The position numbers and the translations under genes were made by a program. Source: an uncultured Erysipelotrichaceae bacterium (GTDB lineage Bacteria > Bacillota_I > Bacilli_A > RFN20 > CAG-826). From it: a DNA stretch of 64,000 bases. Shown piece after piece: positions 49,071-57,342 of the stretch (within the stretch, counting starts at the first letter, position 1; each line of letters begins with the position of its first letter). The notes under the pieces were generated by a model. The model saw nothing but the letters and a program-made list of their open reading frames with translations. It did not search any database and was not told where the DNA came from. Location of the stretch: contig CADAXQ010000006.1 in assembly GCA_902791935.1 (NCBI GenBank), forward strand, positions 8,129 to 72,128, in the 5' to 3' direction.

Positions 49071-49745
49071 ATGAAAAACTTAAAGCATATCTCTTATCCT
49101 GCCGTCGCCCCTTCTTTGCTTTCCGCCGACCCGCTTCATTTGAAAGAAGAAGCCTTAAAAGCGGAGAAAGCCGGAGCCCAATACCTTCATATTGACGTGA
49201 TGGATGGCATTTTCGTTCCTGCTCATTCTTTTGGCTTAGAGGTCGTAAAAGAACTCGCCCCGGTGACAAAGCTAGTGCACGACGTTCATTTGATGATTGC
49301 TAATCCCTTAGAAGCGGCTCTTGCTTATGTGGAAGCAGGGGCGGAACTTGTAACCTTTCATTACGAAGCGTTACCGATGGAAGCAAAGATCCATCGCCTG
49401 ATTCAAACCATTCATCAAGCGGGGGCCAATGTTGGATTATCGATTAAGCCAAATACGCCCGTTTCGGTGCTTGCTCCCTTTGTAAACGAATTGGATCTGA
49501 TTCTTTTAATGTCAGTAGAACCGGGAAAAGGAGGGCAAAGCTTCCTTCCTGCTTCTTTGGAACGATTAGACGAAATTCGTTCTTTGTTTGTTTCCTCATC
49601 GCATCATCCTGTCCTTGAAATTGATGGGGGCATCAATGAAAAGACCGCCCCTTTGGCTTTGGCCCACGGCGCAGAAGTGCTTGTTGCTGGGTCTTATTTA
49701 TATGGCCATCCTGATTTTGAAGAACGACTGAGGTCGTTATTATGA
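49071..49745 (+). CDS. rpe: Ribulose-phosphate 3-epimerase
   Basis: PSLLSAD, HIDVMDG, H.M, MSVEPG.GGQ and DGG motifs. Confidence 0.9.
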   Translation: MKNLKHISYPAVAPSLLSADPLHLKEEALKAEKAGAQYLHIDVMDGIFVPAHSFGLEVVKELAPVTKLVHDVHLMIANPLEAALAYVEAGAELVTFHYEALPMEAKIHRLIQTIHQAGANVGLSIKPNTPVSVLAPFVNELDLILLMSVEPGKGGQSFLPASLERLDEIRSLFVSSSHHPVLEIDGGINEKTAPLALAHGAEVLVAGSYLYGHPDFEERLRSLL

Positions 49746-50452
49746 ATAACCCGATTCTTTGGGTTATATTGCTTGCCCCGTTTTTCTTTTTTGCCTTAAC
49801 GCTTTCCTTTGGTCTATCGGCACAAAAAGAAGCCAAAATTTCTTATCGATTCAGCCAATATTTTCCTTATGAACTCTTCCAAGGGAAGAAGAACTATACT
49901 TTGCCAGCCCGTGTCTTCGCGGGTTTAACCGCAACATCTCTACTTTTTGGACCGATTTACGGAATGGTCTTCCTTCCTTCTTCGGCATTTTTGCTTTCGA
50001 ACCTCGGCTTTTTATGGTTCCTATGCGCCTTGACGGATTGTGCCGCCGCCTTAATTTATGCCTTGACTTGGATTCCTTTGTCCAAAGAAAAGCTTCATTT
50101 ATCCCTGTTTTTTGCTGAATCCGCTACGCTAAGCATCCTTCATAGCGCTTATTTTTTCTTCTTTTTCTCGGGCTATCGAAAAGGCGCGTTAGTGAATGGC
50201 AACCCGTTACTCATCGCAGCAATCGTTTCTGTTTTGCTCTTTTTACTTTCTTTTCTTCCATTGCTCAACCCGAAACTAAAAGATTATGCCAAATTAGAGG
50301 CGCATACTTTGCCGGATGGAAGCGTGGAATTACGCCGCCCCAAAATTTTTCCTTTGGCAGCCAGTGAGTGGTGGGAAATCCTTCTTGGCTTGCTCGGCTT
50401 TTTGACCGATGGAATTTTGCTGATGTGGCTTGCCATAACGCTTAACCAATGA
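49742..50452 (+). CDS. Hypothetical polytopic membrane protein
   Basis: 236 aa with ~6 hydrophobic helices. Its ATG overlaps the rpe stop (ATGA). Confidence 0.55.
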   Translation: MNNPILWVILLAPFFFFALTLSFGLSAQKEAKISYRFSQYFPYELFQGKKNYTLPARVFAGLTATSLLFGPIYGMVFLPSSAFLLSNLGFLWFLCALTDCAAALIYALTWIPLSKEKLHLSLFFAESATLSILHSAYFFFFFSGYRKGALVNGNPLLIAAIVSVLLFLLSFLPLLNPKLKDYAKLEAHTLPDGSVELRRPKIFPLAASEWWEILLGLLGFLTDGILLMWLAITLNQ

Positions 50453-50519
50453 CAAGCGTGAAGCATATCTTTTGCTTTAGCTTGAAAGTGTTGTTAGAGT
50501 TTGTCGGAGGTGATGGACG

Positions 50520-50747
50520 ATGAATTCTTATTTCAATCTGGACGAAAAAGTCGGTGCTGTGTTAGAACGTTACCCTTTCTTGGTGGATGTGATGGTCAAA
50601 GAGGGCTTTGTTCACTTAGGAAATCCTGCCATGCGGAAAGCGGTGGCGAATCACATTTCTTTGCGGGATGCCTTCGAACACCATGGCAAAGAGGAAGTGG
50701 CAATGGAAAAGCTTCTTGTCGATGCGATAGAAGCCAATCAAAAATGA
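50520..50747 (+). CDS. DUF1858-domain protein
   Basis: 75 aa. VGAVLERYPFLVDVMVKEGF...MRKAVANHISLRDA matches the DUF1858 pattern. Confidence 0.65.
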   Translation: MNSYFNLDEKVGAVLERYPFLVDVMVKEGFVHLGNPAMRKAVANHISLRDAFEHHGKEEVAMEKLLVDAIEANQK

Positions 50748-50751
50748 AAAA

Positions 50752-50776
50752 ACAGACGGATATTCCGCCTGTTTTT
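50752..50776. terminator. Hairpin between the convergent DUF1858 and DUF438 genes
   Basis: ACAGACGG-atatt-CCGCCTGT (one mismatch) with flanking A and T runs. Confidence 0.45.
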
Positions 50777-51959
50777 ATTCCCCCTTGACCTTCTTTGCCA
50801 TGTCAAGAATCGGTTTGACGTTTTGACTGACTTCTAAGCAGCCGAGGTATTTGCCTTCGTGATCTCGCACGGCGAGGTAACGATTGTAAACCATCATCCC
50901 GCCTTTCGGGAACATCATATCAACTTGATTTTGTTTCCCTGACTTTAGAAGAGCAAGCACGCCTTTCACCTGGGGAAGGACCGATAACGGATGGCATTGT
51001 TCGACCGGTTCGTCCAATTGCCCTTTTGTGCGGAGGAAGATGTTTTCTTTTGGCTTGTTGTAATAACGGAAACGATCATTCTCATCGATGAAGGTAAGTT
51101 CCGATCCTAAGGCATTAAGCATAGGAATAAGAGTCGTTAGTTTCAGTTTTCCTGTTCCTAAATCGATTGTCCCTTCTTCAAGAGTCGCTTCTTCTTTTTG
51201 AGCATCAAAATGCGCATAATCAGAAGGATCGGGGTTGGCTGGCAAGAATACATAACCCGCTTCCGGCATCTCTTCGGCGATTTCATTCCACATCCAAGGC
51301 TCAAAGGATTCTTTGACCATCGGGAACAATATCTTTTCTTCTTTTTCAATCATGCCTTGAACGTTTTCCACCAAGGCAAGGATTTTTTCTTTTAATGTGT
51401 AAGGGGACACGCCTTGATTAAGCTGCTTTATGATGGACCGATAGGCAGCGCGAATGTCATCGTCCACGCCCCACATGACTTGGGGCGGAGCGCTGATGCC
51501 AAGCTGATAAAGATACGGGAAAAGATAATTCTCTTTCTTCGCATAATGGGTCCCGATTCCTTCTAATACCGTCAAATCGTGGACCAAACGGATTTCCTCA
51601 TTGCTTTGCGGTGCGTTTAAGATTGTCTTGATGTTGTTTAGCAATCGCCCTAAACCACGGTTTTCGTCTTGCAATACCGAAATCGGCGTGACTTTGTTTT
51701 CGTGATATCTGGCCTTCACCATGGCTTTGATGCCGTCTTGGAATGCGGCGGCATGAAGATCGCAAAGATTTTGGACCTCCTTGACGGGAACCCCTGACCT
51801 TATGACTTCGCCTTCTGCAGCGGCAAGCTCGCTCGGAGAGACGTTTTGAAATTCAGATAGGAAAGAGTTTTTCACAACCTCATAATCCGTTCCTTGATGC
51901 AACTCCTCAATGAGTTGCTTTAACCGTCTGGCGCGTTCTTCTTTGGTTTTTTCTTCCAT
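50775..51959 (-). CDS. DUF438 / hemerythrin-like / PAS-domain protein
   Basis: The N-terminus (RLKQLIEELHQGTDYEVVKNSFLSEFQNVSPSELAAAEGEVI) is typical of DUF438, followed by a hemerythrin-like middle region and a PAS-like C-terminus. Start trimmed to MEEKTKE, preceded by GGAGGAG. Confidence 0.65.
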   Translation of the reverse strand: MEEKTKEERARRLKQLIEELHQGTDYEVVKNSFLSEFQNVSPSELAAAEGEVIRSGVPVKEVQNLCDLHAAAFQDGIKAMVKARYHENKVTPISVLQDENRGLGRLLNNIKTILNAPQSNEEIRLVHDLTVLEGIGTHYAKKENYLFPYLYQLGISAPPQVMWGVDDDIRAAYRSIIKQLNQGVSPYTLKEKILALVENVQGMIEKEEKILFPMVKESFEPWMWNEIAEEMPEAGYVFLPANPDPSDYAHFDAQKEEATLEEGTIDLGTGKLKLTTLIPMLNALGSELTFIDENDRFRYYNKPKENIFLRTKGQLDEPVEQCHPLSVLPQVKGVLALLKSGKQNQVDMMFPKGGMMVYNRYLAVRDHEGKYLGCLEVSQNVKPILDMAKKVKGE

Positions 51960-52046
51960 TTTTTCTCTCCTCCTGATGCTCATAATAGGGAAAAAGAAAC
52001 GAAGAAGAAAGAAATATGCTTAAGAAAAAAAGAAATTAAAGATGCA

Positions 52047-52745
52047 TTACGAATGGGCAGGAATGGCGATATCGTGGTGGCTTGATGCATGGCGATTCAC
52101 GAAATAAAGAACAAGGGAAAGAATAGCGGTTAGGGCTTCGGCAATCGGGATGGATACCCATAACATTTCTTTTTGCTGAGTCAAAAGAGGAAGCAAAATG
52201 CCGAGCAAAACTGGGTAGAGAATGCCGTGAGAGAACGTGATCATGAAGGCTTTAATGGGGTTTTTCGATCGCTTGGAAATAGATGCCAAGGGGAATGCCG
52301 ATACCCATGATGAAATAAGCAGGGGAGTAATAACGCATGCAAGTCACTGAAATGGCAATCAAATCGGCATCTTGATCGGAGAAAACACGGATCAATGGTT
52401 TGGCAAAGATATAGCCGACAACGAAGAAGATGATGCCTAAAAGGACGGAAGTCATTAAAGCGTAGCGAAGACAACGTTGCTCCTTCTTTTCGGCTTTCTC
52501 CCCATAGCAAGGGAAATCAACGGCTGAGCAGCTTGGCCTACACCAGTCATCAAATTGAAGAATATCAACGACCAATTCATAATCATCGTGTAAATGGAAG
52601 AACCGATGGTCCCGTAATAACGATTGGCTTGTAAGATGAAAGCAAAAGTAACGATGGACATTGAGCTTTCTAATACGAATTCGCTGAAACCATTCCGAAT
52701 CACACGGAGAATCAGTTTAAAATCACGGAAAGGGAATGGGGAATG
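52047..52745 (-). pseudogene. MATE-family efflux transporter remnant (C-terminal half, frameshifted)
   Basis: Three overlapping ORFs in different frames together read like MATE TM7-12 (…GVGQAAQPLIS…). The reading frame upstream (FKLILRVIRNGFSEF) closes at 52749. The N-terminal half is absent. Confidence 0.6.
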
Positions 52746-52974
52746 AGATTAAGCTTTTTGCGGAAAATTCAAAAGAGATTGATGAAAGAAGAAACGCCCG
52801 ATCCGATGTGACGGGAACTATTCTAAGAGCTATGAATTCATTGTCAATAGACTTGGCGATTTGTAAGAATTCACAAAACTTAGAATTTATCGAATAAATC
52901 AAGAAGAACATGCGCCGATTAGAAGACGATTGTCATACGATTCACCACGCATTGTGTCTTATGGAAAAATTCAT

Positions 52975-53631
52975 TTAACGTTTCTTCTTTTTCGACTTGG
53001 CGTGACTGTAGTTTACAGTATGAATGATGTCATATTCGGTGGGCGCGGAGTGGAAGGAACGGATGTTCTGCACGTGTTCCTTTCGCGTTATTGTCGTAGA
53101 GCAGTCAGCTTTTTCGATTTGAGAACAAATCGCTAGAAACTGGGCTTCATTCCACGGCGGATTAACAGAAGAATGGGTGTCCATAAACTGCTTCAGATCT
53201 TGTGCATTGATAACTTTTTTACCATTATGAAGCGGTGAATTGTTTTCCGTCATGACCACAACGGGAATCACGTAGTTTTCCGTCCTTTTGTCGAGAATCT
53301 CTTCCAGCACCTTTTTATGCGTATCGTTTTGAAGGATGGGACTAGGGTGAGAACGGATGGTATGTTTTTCACCAAAGACCTGTCGCCAAGGTCCATCGTC
53401 TTCGAATCCATAGACCTTTCCTTTCCAGGTTTTATCTTCGATGCAGAAGACACCATTTCTTCGCACGATGATGCGATCGATTTCATGCGTTAAGTTCGGT
53501 ATTCCAAAAGGATCTTTGAAGATGACGTGATGGAAGATGCGTTGTTCGTTTTCTGGTTTGCTTTGCTTTGGATTGTCTTTCTTCCGAAACAATCGGCGAA
53601 AGAAATGAATGATTTTTTGAAATAGCTTCAT
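52975..53631 (-). CDS. NERD-domain protein
   Basis: EIDRIIVRRNGVFCIEDKTWKGKV matches the NERD nuclease-related core. GAGGAG RBS, and only 21 nt downstream of the preceding gene. Confidence 0.65.
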   Translation of the reverse strand: MKLFQKIIHFFRRLFRKKDNPKQSKPENEQRIFHHVIFKDPFGIPNLTHEIDRIIVRRNGVFCIEDKTWKGKVYGFEDDGPWRQVFGEKHTIRSHPSPILQNDTHKKVLEEILDKRTENYVIPVVVMTENNSPLHNGKKVINAQDLKQFMDTHSSVNPPWNEAQFLAICSQIEKADCSTTITRKEHVQNIRSFHSAPTEYDIIHTVNYSHAKSKKKKR

Positions 53632-53652
53632 GACGATTTTTTGCTTCTCCTC

Positions 53653-54717
53653 TTATAAATAGACACGTTTATTGATTTCCACCATGAAAGAATAGACGGG
53701 AAAAGGAGTGGGACGATCTAACGTCATCGCGCCAGAATATGGGAAATTCTCCGCATAGCTCAATCCGGTTGCGCGACAATATCGTTCTGCCAAATCTAAC
53801 AACAACGGAACTCGTTGCCCTTCGTTATAGCCAAAACACACATCGGGATAGGGTCCTTTTGTAAAGACATTGGCCATGTTTTCACCAAAAGAATGAAGAT
53901 CAATCAAAAGGCAAGGCAGGTTATCTTTTTGACAGACATCCATTACGGTTTGGTAAAGCGTTTCGTGGCAACGATCGTAATATGCCTTCGCTTCCTTCAT
54001 AAAAGCCGGGGTTTGTTGATGCAGCGTTCGGCCCCGATCGTCTTTCCGATATACCGCCCCCATTCCATAACGGGCCAAAGGTTCTTTGCTTTCGTCCCAA
54101 TATTTCTCCACGTCGCAATAAATTCTTGAATAAGGGGCAACGACTTTGGGATAAGGAAGAAAACGAACCAAATCAAGCAATAGAACATCGCCCATACGAA
54201 TCGCCGTTTCGATGGCTTCTTGCCGATGACGTTTTGCATCGAAACCATCGTAGAAAAGGCAATCGGTGAAAAAACTTTGCGGCAATTCCAAGGAAGCGTG
54301 AGGAATATGGAACACAATACGACCAAAAAGCGATTGCAAATCATCGACGAATTGGCCAAGATTGACATCGCGAAAGTAATCGTTCAAACCACGTTCTATG
54401 CGGGCCTGATGTTTCCCTTCGGCATCCAGGTCGAAATAGTGGCGGATGAAATCATCGACGCTCCAGCGTTTTAGCCCATAACCCATTCGGTAAGCCATGT
54501 CAATGTCAAACCAACGCCTCGAGATGGACGTTCCTTCGAAAGGGATAAGAAAACCATCCCTCGAATTCATGGGATTGTTTTCGCGTCTCTCGTAATAATT
54601 GGAATTGTAGATGGAATGCAAAAAACGCAACAATCGGATGCGCTCTTCTTGGCTTTTTACGTCCACCCAGTCGGCATCGGAATCATTTTTTGCTTTAAGA
54701 ATCGTGGATAAGTTCAT
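53653..54717 (-). CDS. N-formylglutamate amidohydrolase (FGase)-family-like protein with an extra N-terminal domain
   Basis: The C-terminal ~230 aa show FGase-like motifs (FHIPHASLELP, SRIYCDVEKY, LLIDLHSF, NFPYSG, VEINKRVYL). The N-terminal ~130 aa are unassigned. Confidence 0.45.
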   Translation of the reverse strand: MNLSTILKAKNDSDADWVDVKSQEERIRLLRFLHSIYNSNYYERRENNPMNSRDGFLIPFEGTSISRRWFDIDMAYRMGYGLKRWSVDDFIRHYFDLDAEGKHQARIERGLNDYFRDVNLGQFVDDLQSLFGRIVFHIPHASLELPQSFFTDCLFYDGFDAKRHRQEAIETAIRMGDVLLLDLVRFLPYPKVVAPYSRIYCDVEKYWDESKEPLARYGMGAVYRKDDRGRTLHQQTPAFMKEAKAYYDRCHETLYQTVMDVCQKDNLPCLLIDLHSFGENMANVFTKGPYPDVCFGYNEGQRVPLLLDLAERYCRATGLSYAENFPYSGAMTLDRPTPFPVYSFMVEINKRVYL

Positions 54718-54731
54718 TTCTTCCCTCCTTT

Positions 54732-54886
54732 AGCCATAAAAGAGAGAAGAAAAGCTCCCATCGCGGTGATGGGAGCTCATGCAGTTGTTTTCTCCCATCA
54801 TCCAAGCTTTGGCACCTTGCCTTCCTATAGGGAGGTAGGTTGTCGGCAGGTCTAAGGGCTTGTCCCTCGCTGCTCTCTTTATGGCT
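54732..54886 (-). promoter_or_regulatory. SAM-I-family (S-box, possibly SAM-I/IV-like) riboswitch candidate
   Basis: The minus-strand RNA is CCAUAAAGAGAGCAGCGAGGGACAAGCCCUUAGACCUGCCGACAACC...GGUGCCAAAGCUUGGAUGAUGG. It carries the S-box hallmarks AAGAGAG, GAGGGA, GCCC, CAACC and GGUGCCAA in the canonical order. There is no P4 hairpin at the usual place and P1 is short. It is followed by the terminator/antiterminator pair. Confidence 0.55.
54741..54777 (-). terminator. Terminator (expression platform of the riboswitch candidate)
   Basis: Minus strand: perfect 10-bp stem AGCUCCCAUC-ACCGC-GAUGGGAGCU followed by UUUUCUUCUCUCUUUU. The sequence UGAUGGGAG at 54792-54800 can pair with the 5' arm instead, acting as an antiterminator. 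Confidence 0.7.
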
Positions 54887-54891
54887 TAATC

Positions 54892-54921
54892 AATGTAAAA
54901 CAAAGCAAGAAGAGTTGTCAA
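54892..54921 (-). promoter_or_regulatory. Candidate promoter for the riboswitch leader
   Basis: Minus strand TTGACA-N18-TACATT. The -35 overlaps the stop codon of the antiporter gene. Confidence 0.4.
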
Positions 54922-56180
54922 GGGTTAGGAGAAGGGTCGTTCTTTTCTAAGGTTTCCTTTGCGTCGTCTGACAATAGATGGGGGGCCGTAAGACGTAACA
55001 AGATGGCGCCTAAAGGCGCGGTGAGCAAAATCGAAACCACGGAAACGGAAAGAACGATGATGCCCGATTGGACGATTGGTTCTGCGTTTGGAAGCTTTTG
55101 CGCCAGCATTTGATTGCCCAGATCGAGAAGACCTCCGCCGATGGCCGCTTGAACCGTGGCTTTTGGAAAATAGGAGAAAACAACAAAGGTGCGTTCTTTG
55201 AAATTAAGATTGGTACGGACCAAGCAAGAAGCAACCGCCAAACTGCGGAAAGACAAAGAAATTGTCAATAAGGCGATCGATAAAAAGAAATAACGGGAGG
55301 TGTATTCCATCCTCAAAGAAGCGCCGACGAGAAGGAAAAGAAACATTTCGGCAAGCACCCACATTTGATTGCCACGCTTTGCCAATCGGACGGCCCGTTC
55401 TTCTGCCTTTGCCTTGATGACGATACAAAGGGAAATGATGGCAAGCAATGAAGAAAAGCCAAACCATCGCGCCAAAAAATCTTCCAAGGCCGTAAGACCA
55501 AAGCCAATGCCGAAAATCAGGATGAGTTTCAAGGAGTCACGCAGAGAGATGTGAGCGAAAAGCAAGACGAGCAAAAAGCCGATTCCCACGCCTACAGCAA
55601 TGCCGCTAAAAATGGACAATGGGATATTAAGAAACGTCAAATATGAGACTTTTTCTCCTTTTTCTATGGTCATGAAGGCTTGATAGAAGACAATCATCAC
55701 AATGTCGTCAATGCTTGATCCAGCAATGATGAGCTGTGGGATTCCTTTCTTCGTTCCTCTTTTCTCATCCAATAATTTGCTCATTGCCGGCACAACCACG
55801 GCAGGAGATACGGCGCCTAAGACCGAACCTAAAAGAAAACTGTCGGTATAGGAAAGCGGGAAGAGCAGCAGTGCAAAAATGCCGACAGCGCACATTTCTA
55901 TGCATGCTGGGACGAAAGACATCAAAATCGCCGGTCTTCCTACTTTCTTCAGATCACTTAAATTCAAAGACAATCCCGCCTTTGAAAGGATGATGATCAA
56001 AGCGATTTTGCGAATTTGGCTAGAAATGGCCAAAATGGAATCGTCGATCAAACCAAGCCAGCCAAGCAAAATGCCAAATAAAAGGTAACCAATCAAGGCA
56101 GGCAGATGAAAATGTTCAAAGAGAACGTACAGGATGGCCCCACCTGCCATCATCAAAAACAAGCTAAGAAAAAGCGACAT
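54918..56180 (-). CDS. Cation:proton antiporter (Na+/H+ exchanger family)
   Basis: 420 aa with ~12 TM helices. The N-terminus (HLPALIGYLLFGILLG) and overall sequence are typical of CPA-type Na+/H+ exchangers. Confidence 0.8.
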   Translation of the reverse strand: MSLFLSLFLMMAGGAILYVLFEHFHLPALIGYLLFGILLGWLGLIDDSILAISSQIRKIALIIILSKAGLSLNLSDLKKVGRPAILMSFVPACIEMCAVGIFALLLFPLSYTDSFLLGSVLGAVSPAVVVPAMSKLLDEKRGTKKGIPQLIIAGSSIDDIVMIVFYQAFMTIEKGEKVSYLTFLNIPLSIFSGIAVGVGIGFLLVLLFAHISLRDSLKLILIFGIGFGLTALEDFLARWFGFSSLLAIISLCIVIKAKAEERAVRLAKRGNQMWVLAEMFLFLLVGASLRMEYTSRYFFLSIALLTISLSFRSLAVASCLVRTNLNFKERTFVVFSYFPKATVQAAIGGGLLDLGNQMLAQKLPNAEPIVQSGIIVLSVSVVSILLTAPLGAILLRLTAPHLLSDDAKETLEKNDPSPNP

Positions 56181-56318
56181 CTTCCTTTTCCCCTAAAAGA
56201 CGAATCTTTTCTGTTAGAAGCAACAAAGACGTCGTCAGCTTTTAGAGCGGTTTGAAACTTTCGTTTCGGGAAGACATCATTTCCGGAAGAATCATAGCAT
56301 TTTCCGTTATGAATGACA

Positions 56319-56349
56319 ATAAAAAACCGCCGATTGGAAGAACCGGCGG
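56319..56349 (-). terminator. Rho-independent terminator after the cupin gene
   Basis: Minus strand CCGCCG-loop-CGGCGG followed by TTTTTTATT. Confidence 0.55.
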
Positions 56350-56363
56350 AAAGAAGAAACGAA

Positions 56364-57005
56364 TTAGAAGTGGAGCAATAATGCCATCTTAAATGGTTTA
56401 GAGGCATCGAGCGCATGAAGCCCGTTATTTGCCATGCGGAAAGCATCGCCAGCAACAAGATGCGACGTTGTGCCTTCGTAGGTGAAGTCCGCTTCTCCTT
56501 CTAAAGCGAGAATCAATGCCTCCCCCGGAGCGCGATGCGCGGACAACGCCTCTCCTTGATCAAGAGCCATCACCACGAATTTCCCTTCTTTGCCATTCCA
56601 AAGATCCCAATTGGCAATGCCGTCTTTTTCCCAGGGGACCAAATCCTTTAACACCAGCGGATTTTCATGATTGTCGGGAAGATTGAAGTGACCCTCATTC
56701 CCGAGGGCAATCTCTAAATAAGCGCCACCTTTCACGCTACTTTGCCCGACTAACTCATTTTCTTTTCGAAGATAGAGCGTGCCTGGAGCAAGCGGAATTT
56801 GTTTTTCTCCCTCTATCAAAATTTCGCCACCCATCCCAAAATAAAATCCGGGATTGGGATAGCTTTCTCTCGAAATGGAAGTGCCTTCTCCTAAGGCAAA
56901 ATAGATTGCCTTCAAAGCACCCGCTTCCAAAATTTTGTTCGAAAGCGTCATGCCTTTTCTTGGCGGATGTTGTTCATATAAATTTCCTAAGTAACCGTAT
57001 GTCAT
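56364..57005 (-). CDS. Cupin-domain protein (two cupin-like halves)
   Basis: 213 aa with beta-rich cupin-like repeats. Start trimmed from a TTG at 57050 to the ATG at 57003-57005, preceded by GAGGGG. Confidence 0.6.
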   Translation of the reverse strand: MTYGYLGNLYEQHPPRKGMTLSNKILEAGALKAIYFALGEGTSISRESYPNPGFYFGMGGEILIEGEKQIPLAPGTLYLRKENELVGQSSVKGGAYLEIALGNEGHFNLPDNHENPLVLKDLVPWEKDGIANWDLWNGKEGKFVVMALDQGEALSAHRAPGEALILALEGEADFTYEGTTSHLVAGDAFRMANNGLHALDASKPFKMALLLHF

Positions 57006-57065
57006 CGTCTTACCCCTCGTCCAAATTATAGGAAAGAGAGGACAATACAACGAGCGGGATGCACC

Positions 57066-57098
57066 AAAAAAACAAAAAGAAAAACGGGTCTCCCCGTT
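57066..57098 (-). terminator. Rho-independent terminator after rpmB
   Basis: Minus strand ACGGGG-aga-CCCGT followed by TTTTCTTTTTGTTTTTTT. Confidence 0.5.
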
Positions 57099-57123
57099 CG
57101 TCTTTCTCCAAAATGGTCAATGA

Positions 57124-57342
57124 TTAGTTGGCTTTGGCGTCATTGGCTTTCGCTGCTTTGACGGATTTGTTCAAAGAACGATAAGCGCGTGCGCTCATGC
57201 GGACTTCCACCATTTTGCCGTCAATGTTGATCTTGTACTTTTGAAGATTGACATTCCAACGACGACGTGTCGCCAAGACGGAGTGGGAGCGGTTGTTTCC
57301 GCTCATCGGTCCTTTTCCGGAAATTGGGCAAACTCTGGACAT
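57124..57342 (-). CDS. rpmB: 50S ribosomal protein L28
   Basis: MSRVCPISGKGPMSGNNRSHSVLATRRRWNVNLQK... is typical of L28. GAGGTG RBS. Confidence 0.85.
   Translation of the reverse strand: MSRVCPISGKGPMSGNNRSHSVLATRRRWNVNLQKYKINIDGKMVEVRMSARAYRSLNKSVKAAKANDAKAN

Noticed and set aside
50501-50788. A 95-aa ORF overlapping the DUF1858 gene in another frame.
   Set aside because: It has a Cys/Arg/Gly-rich artefactual translation, whereas the 75-aa frame has a recognisable domain pattern.
52736-52897. A 53-aa plus-strand ORF (MGNEIKLFAENSKEIDERRNARSDV...) between the MATE remnant and the NERD gene.
   Set aside because: It is short, has no clear RBS and no recognisable family. It lies in a region likely to be decayed sequence.
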